Source: Antedon mediterranea
Lineage: Eukaryota > Animalia > Echinodermata
Assembly (NCBI RefSeq): GCF_964355755.1
Contig: NC_092671.1
Coordinates: 33,490,304 to 33,554,303 of the forward strand
DNA length: 64,000 nucleotides
Reading direction: 5' to 3'
Part shown: piece after piece, positions 62,268 through 64,000 of the stretch
How the letters are laid out: each line of letters starts with the position of its first letter
Numbering within the stretch: position 1 is the stretch's first letter
Notes under the pieces: model-generated
The model's input: the letters and a program-made list of their open reading frames with translations, nothing else
Databases searched by the model: none
Told to the model about the DNA's origin: nothing
Made by a program: the position numbers and the translations under genes

Positions 62268-64000
62268 TGTGATGGGTTTGTCACACGGAAGTGAGCCCTC
62301 TAGAGTAAAAGAGGAGATGGATAAAGATGGACGACAACTACAACGTGTTTTGTTATGTTCTTATTGTTGGTTTCAGCCTAACGAGCGAGCCCGTAACAAA
62401 TAGGGGGGTCATCCGGGAACAAAGTGCGGAATTGTAGTTGTAGATCGAACCGATGGTAATTTTAGTTACTTATTCTAAGCTGGTTTTAGGTTTAGAGGCG
62501 TTTTATAACGAACGAGGTTTGGCGGTCGTCGAGCCAGTACACTGTGTTGTTGTTTTAGGCTTGTGTAGGCTTGCCTGTGATACTAGAAGTCGGTTTGGCT
62601 TTGATTTTAGGGGTCTAGTTATTGAGACCACGGCGCACGGTAGGTTTAATACTGTGTGGGCTTGGCAGGTATTTCATTACTGGTGCCTTAATTATCGTCA
62701 TATTGGTTATTTTAACCTGTGTTTTTGTTTGTTTGTTTCGAATAGAAACTATGTCAGAAAGTGATTTTGACGAGGAATTTTTGGATAGCATGTCCATTGA
62801 GGTGGTAGCTCAGCTATCAGAGGAGCGTTTGCGACTCCTAGGTACTAGGGTTGGAGCATCTATAAATGATTCCATGAATAAATATGACTTGATAAATGTG
62901 ATTGGAAATCATGTTGGTTTAATTACACATGAATCCGTAAAAACTGCGGGGAATGAGGTCGAGTTGGCTAGAATCGAGTTGGAACGTGAAAAATTAATGT
63001 TTGAAAGAAGAAAAATAGAAATTTTAGAGATGCAAACTCAAAGAGAAATGGAAAAAGAAAAACATGAATTTGAGTTAAGGAAATTAGAATTAGCTAACCA
63101 AATGGGTCACACACGGGTTTCTACACCTAATGATTCAGAGATTACTCAGAATATTAAATGGGTTCCCAAGTTTAATGAGGACGAGGTAGAGACATATTTT
63201 TTAGCTTTTGAGAAAATTGCTAATAGATTAAAGTGGCCTGCTAGACACTGGACTGTGTTGTTACAAACTGCTCTTGTGGGTAAAGCCCAAGAGGTATTTT
63301 CTGCATTGGCTGATGATCAATGTGAAAGCTATGATGCGGTTAAAACTGCTGTTTTGTCAGCTTATGAGTTAGTTCCAGAGGCGTATCGTCAGAAATTTAG
63401 GAACTTAGGTAAACCTTATGATCAAACGTTTACAGAATTTGCACGTAAGAAGCAGATTCTTTTTGATAGATGGTGTAGTTCGGAAGGAGTAAAGGGTGAA
63501 TTTGGAAAGCTTCGTGAGCTTATGTTAGTTGAGGAGTTTAAATCTTGTTCCCCTACTGAAGTTCGTACACATCTAGAGGAGCAGAAAGTTGATAATTTAA
63601 TGAAAGCGGCTTCTGTTGCCGATAATTACGTGCTCACGCACAAGGTAGTGATTACCAAATCGGTTTCAAAATTTGTTGATGATTCTAAGGTCCAAAGCAG
63701 GCAGAAAACTACAGTTAATAGTAGTAGTAAATTTGTCAGAACTTGTTTTTACTGCAAGAAAAAGGGTCATATAAAGGCATATTGCTGGTTGTTTCAAAGC
63801 AAAGCTAAAGGGGATAATAAGAAACCCCAATCACTTCCAAACACGTTAGTAAATACAGTCCCGTTGAAAGTGACAGCGTTGATGAAAATGAGAAGTTGAT
63901 CCAATCTTCAGGTCCAGAAAAAGTGCGAAAGCTATTTAAGCCTTTCTTCTCTACTGGTTCTGTAGCATTGATCAACGATGTGAATCTGAGTAAAGTTCGT
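62268..64000 (+). mobile_element. Ty3/Gypsy LTR retrotransposon, 5' part (runs off the window end)
   Basis: LTR TGTGATGGG...CCCGTAACA at 62268-62398; PBS-like taggggggtcatccggga (similar to the tRNA-Pro PBS TGGGGGCTCGTCCGGGA); empty site gatccaataagtac|atcg at 49431. Confidence 0.88.
62751..63899 (+). CDS. Gypsy Gag with SCAN-like capsid region and CCHC zinc knuckle
   Basis: VPKFNEDEVETYFLAFEK, LVGKAQEVF, PEAYRQKFR, LMLVEEFK, CFYCKKKGHIKAYC; ATG at 62751. Confidence 0.85.
   Translation: MSESDFDEEFLDSMSIEVVAQLSEERLRLLGTRVGASINDSMNKYDLINVIGNHVGLITHESVKTAGNEVELARIELEREKLMFERRKIEILEMQTQREMEKEKHEFELRKLELANQMGHTRVSTPNDSEITQNIKWVPKFNEDEVETYFLAFEKIANRLKWPARHWTVLLQTALVGKAQEVFSALADDQCESYDAVKTAVLSAYELVPEAYRQKFRNLGKPYDQTFTEFARKKQILFDRWCSSEGVKGEFGKLRELMLVEEFKSCSPTEVRTHLEEQKVDNLMKAASVADNYVLTHKVVITKSVSKFVDDSKVQSRQKTTVNSSSKFVRTCFYCKKKGHIKAYCWLFQSKAKGDNKKPQSLPNTLVNTVPLKVTALMKMRS

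Overview
AT-rich, intron-rich metazoan genomic DNA, probably a marine invertebrate. A Deu/Nin-domain SINE, a 5S-derived SINE, Academ and Rex-Babar elements are present; the taxon is inferred only. Most short ORFs in the track are spurious. (1) 1-15.8 kb: the 5' part of a minus-strand signal-peptide + LRRNT + LRR gene built from 69/72-nt exons. One intron carries a young 7.05-kb AcademX DNA transposon (about 700-bp TIRs, CAA TSD, transposase-XPG-Cys8 ORF, hairpin tandem array) nested in a Kolobok-type MITE. Intron 1 carries a stray glycine amidinotransferase (GATM) exon fused in frame to the LRRNT exon. (2) 19-62 kb: a tandem array of three copies of a minus-strand micro-exon gene that the ORF track misses. 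It has 27-45-nt symmetric phase-1 exons and encodes an approximately 80-aa secreted prepropeptide with a signal peptide, a Cys pair and RIRR/RIIR cleavage sites; copies A and B end in a Gly. The third copy is a chimera with extra duplicated micro-exons. (3) Dense nested TEs: Gypsy > Rex-Babar LINE > 5S SINE, CR1, L2, Penelope fragments with hammerhead cores, a Helitron carrying an RTE fragment, several MITEs, and a SCAN-type Gypsy running off the window end. All gene models are manual predictions without transcript support.
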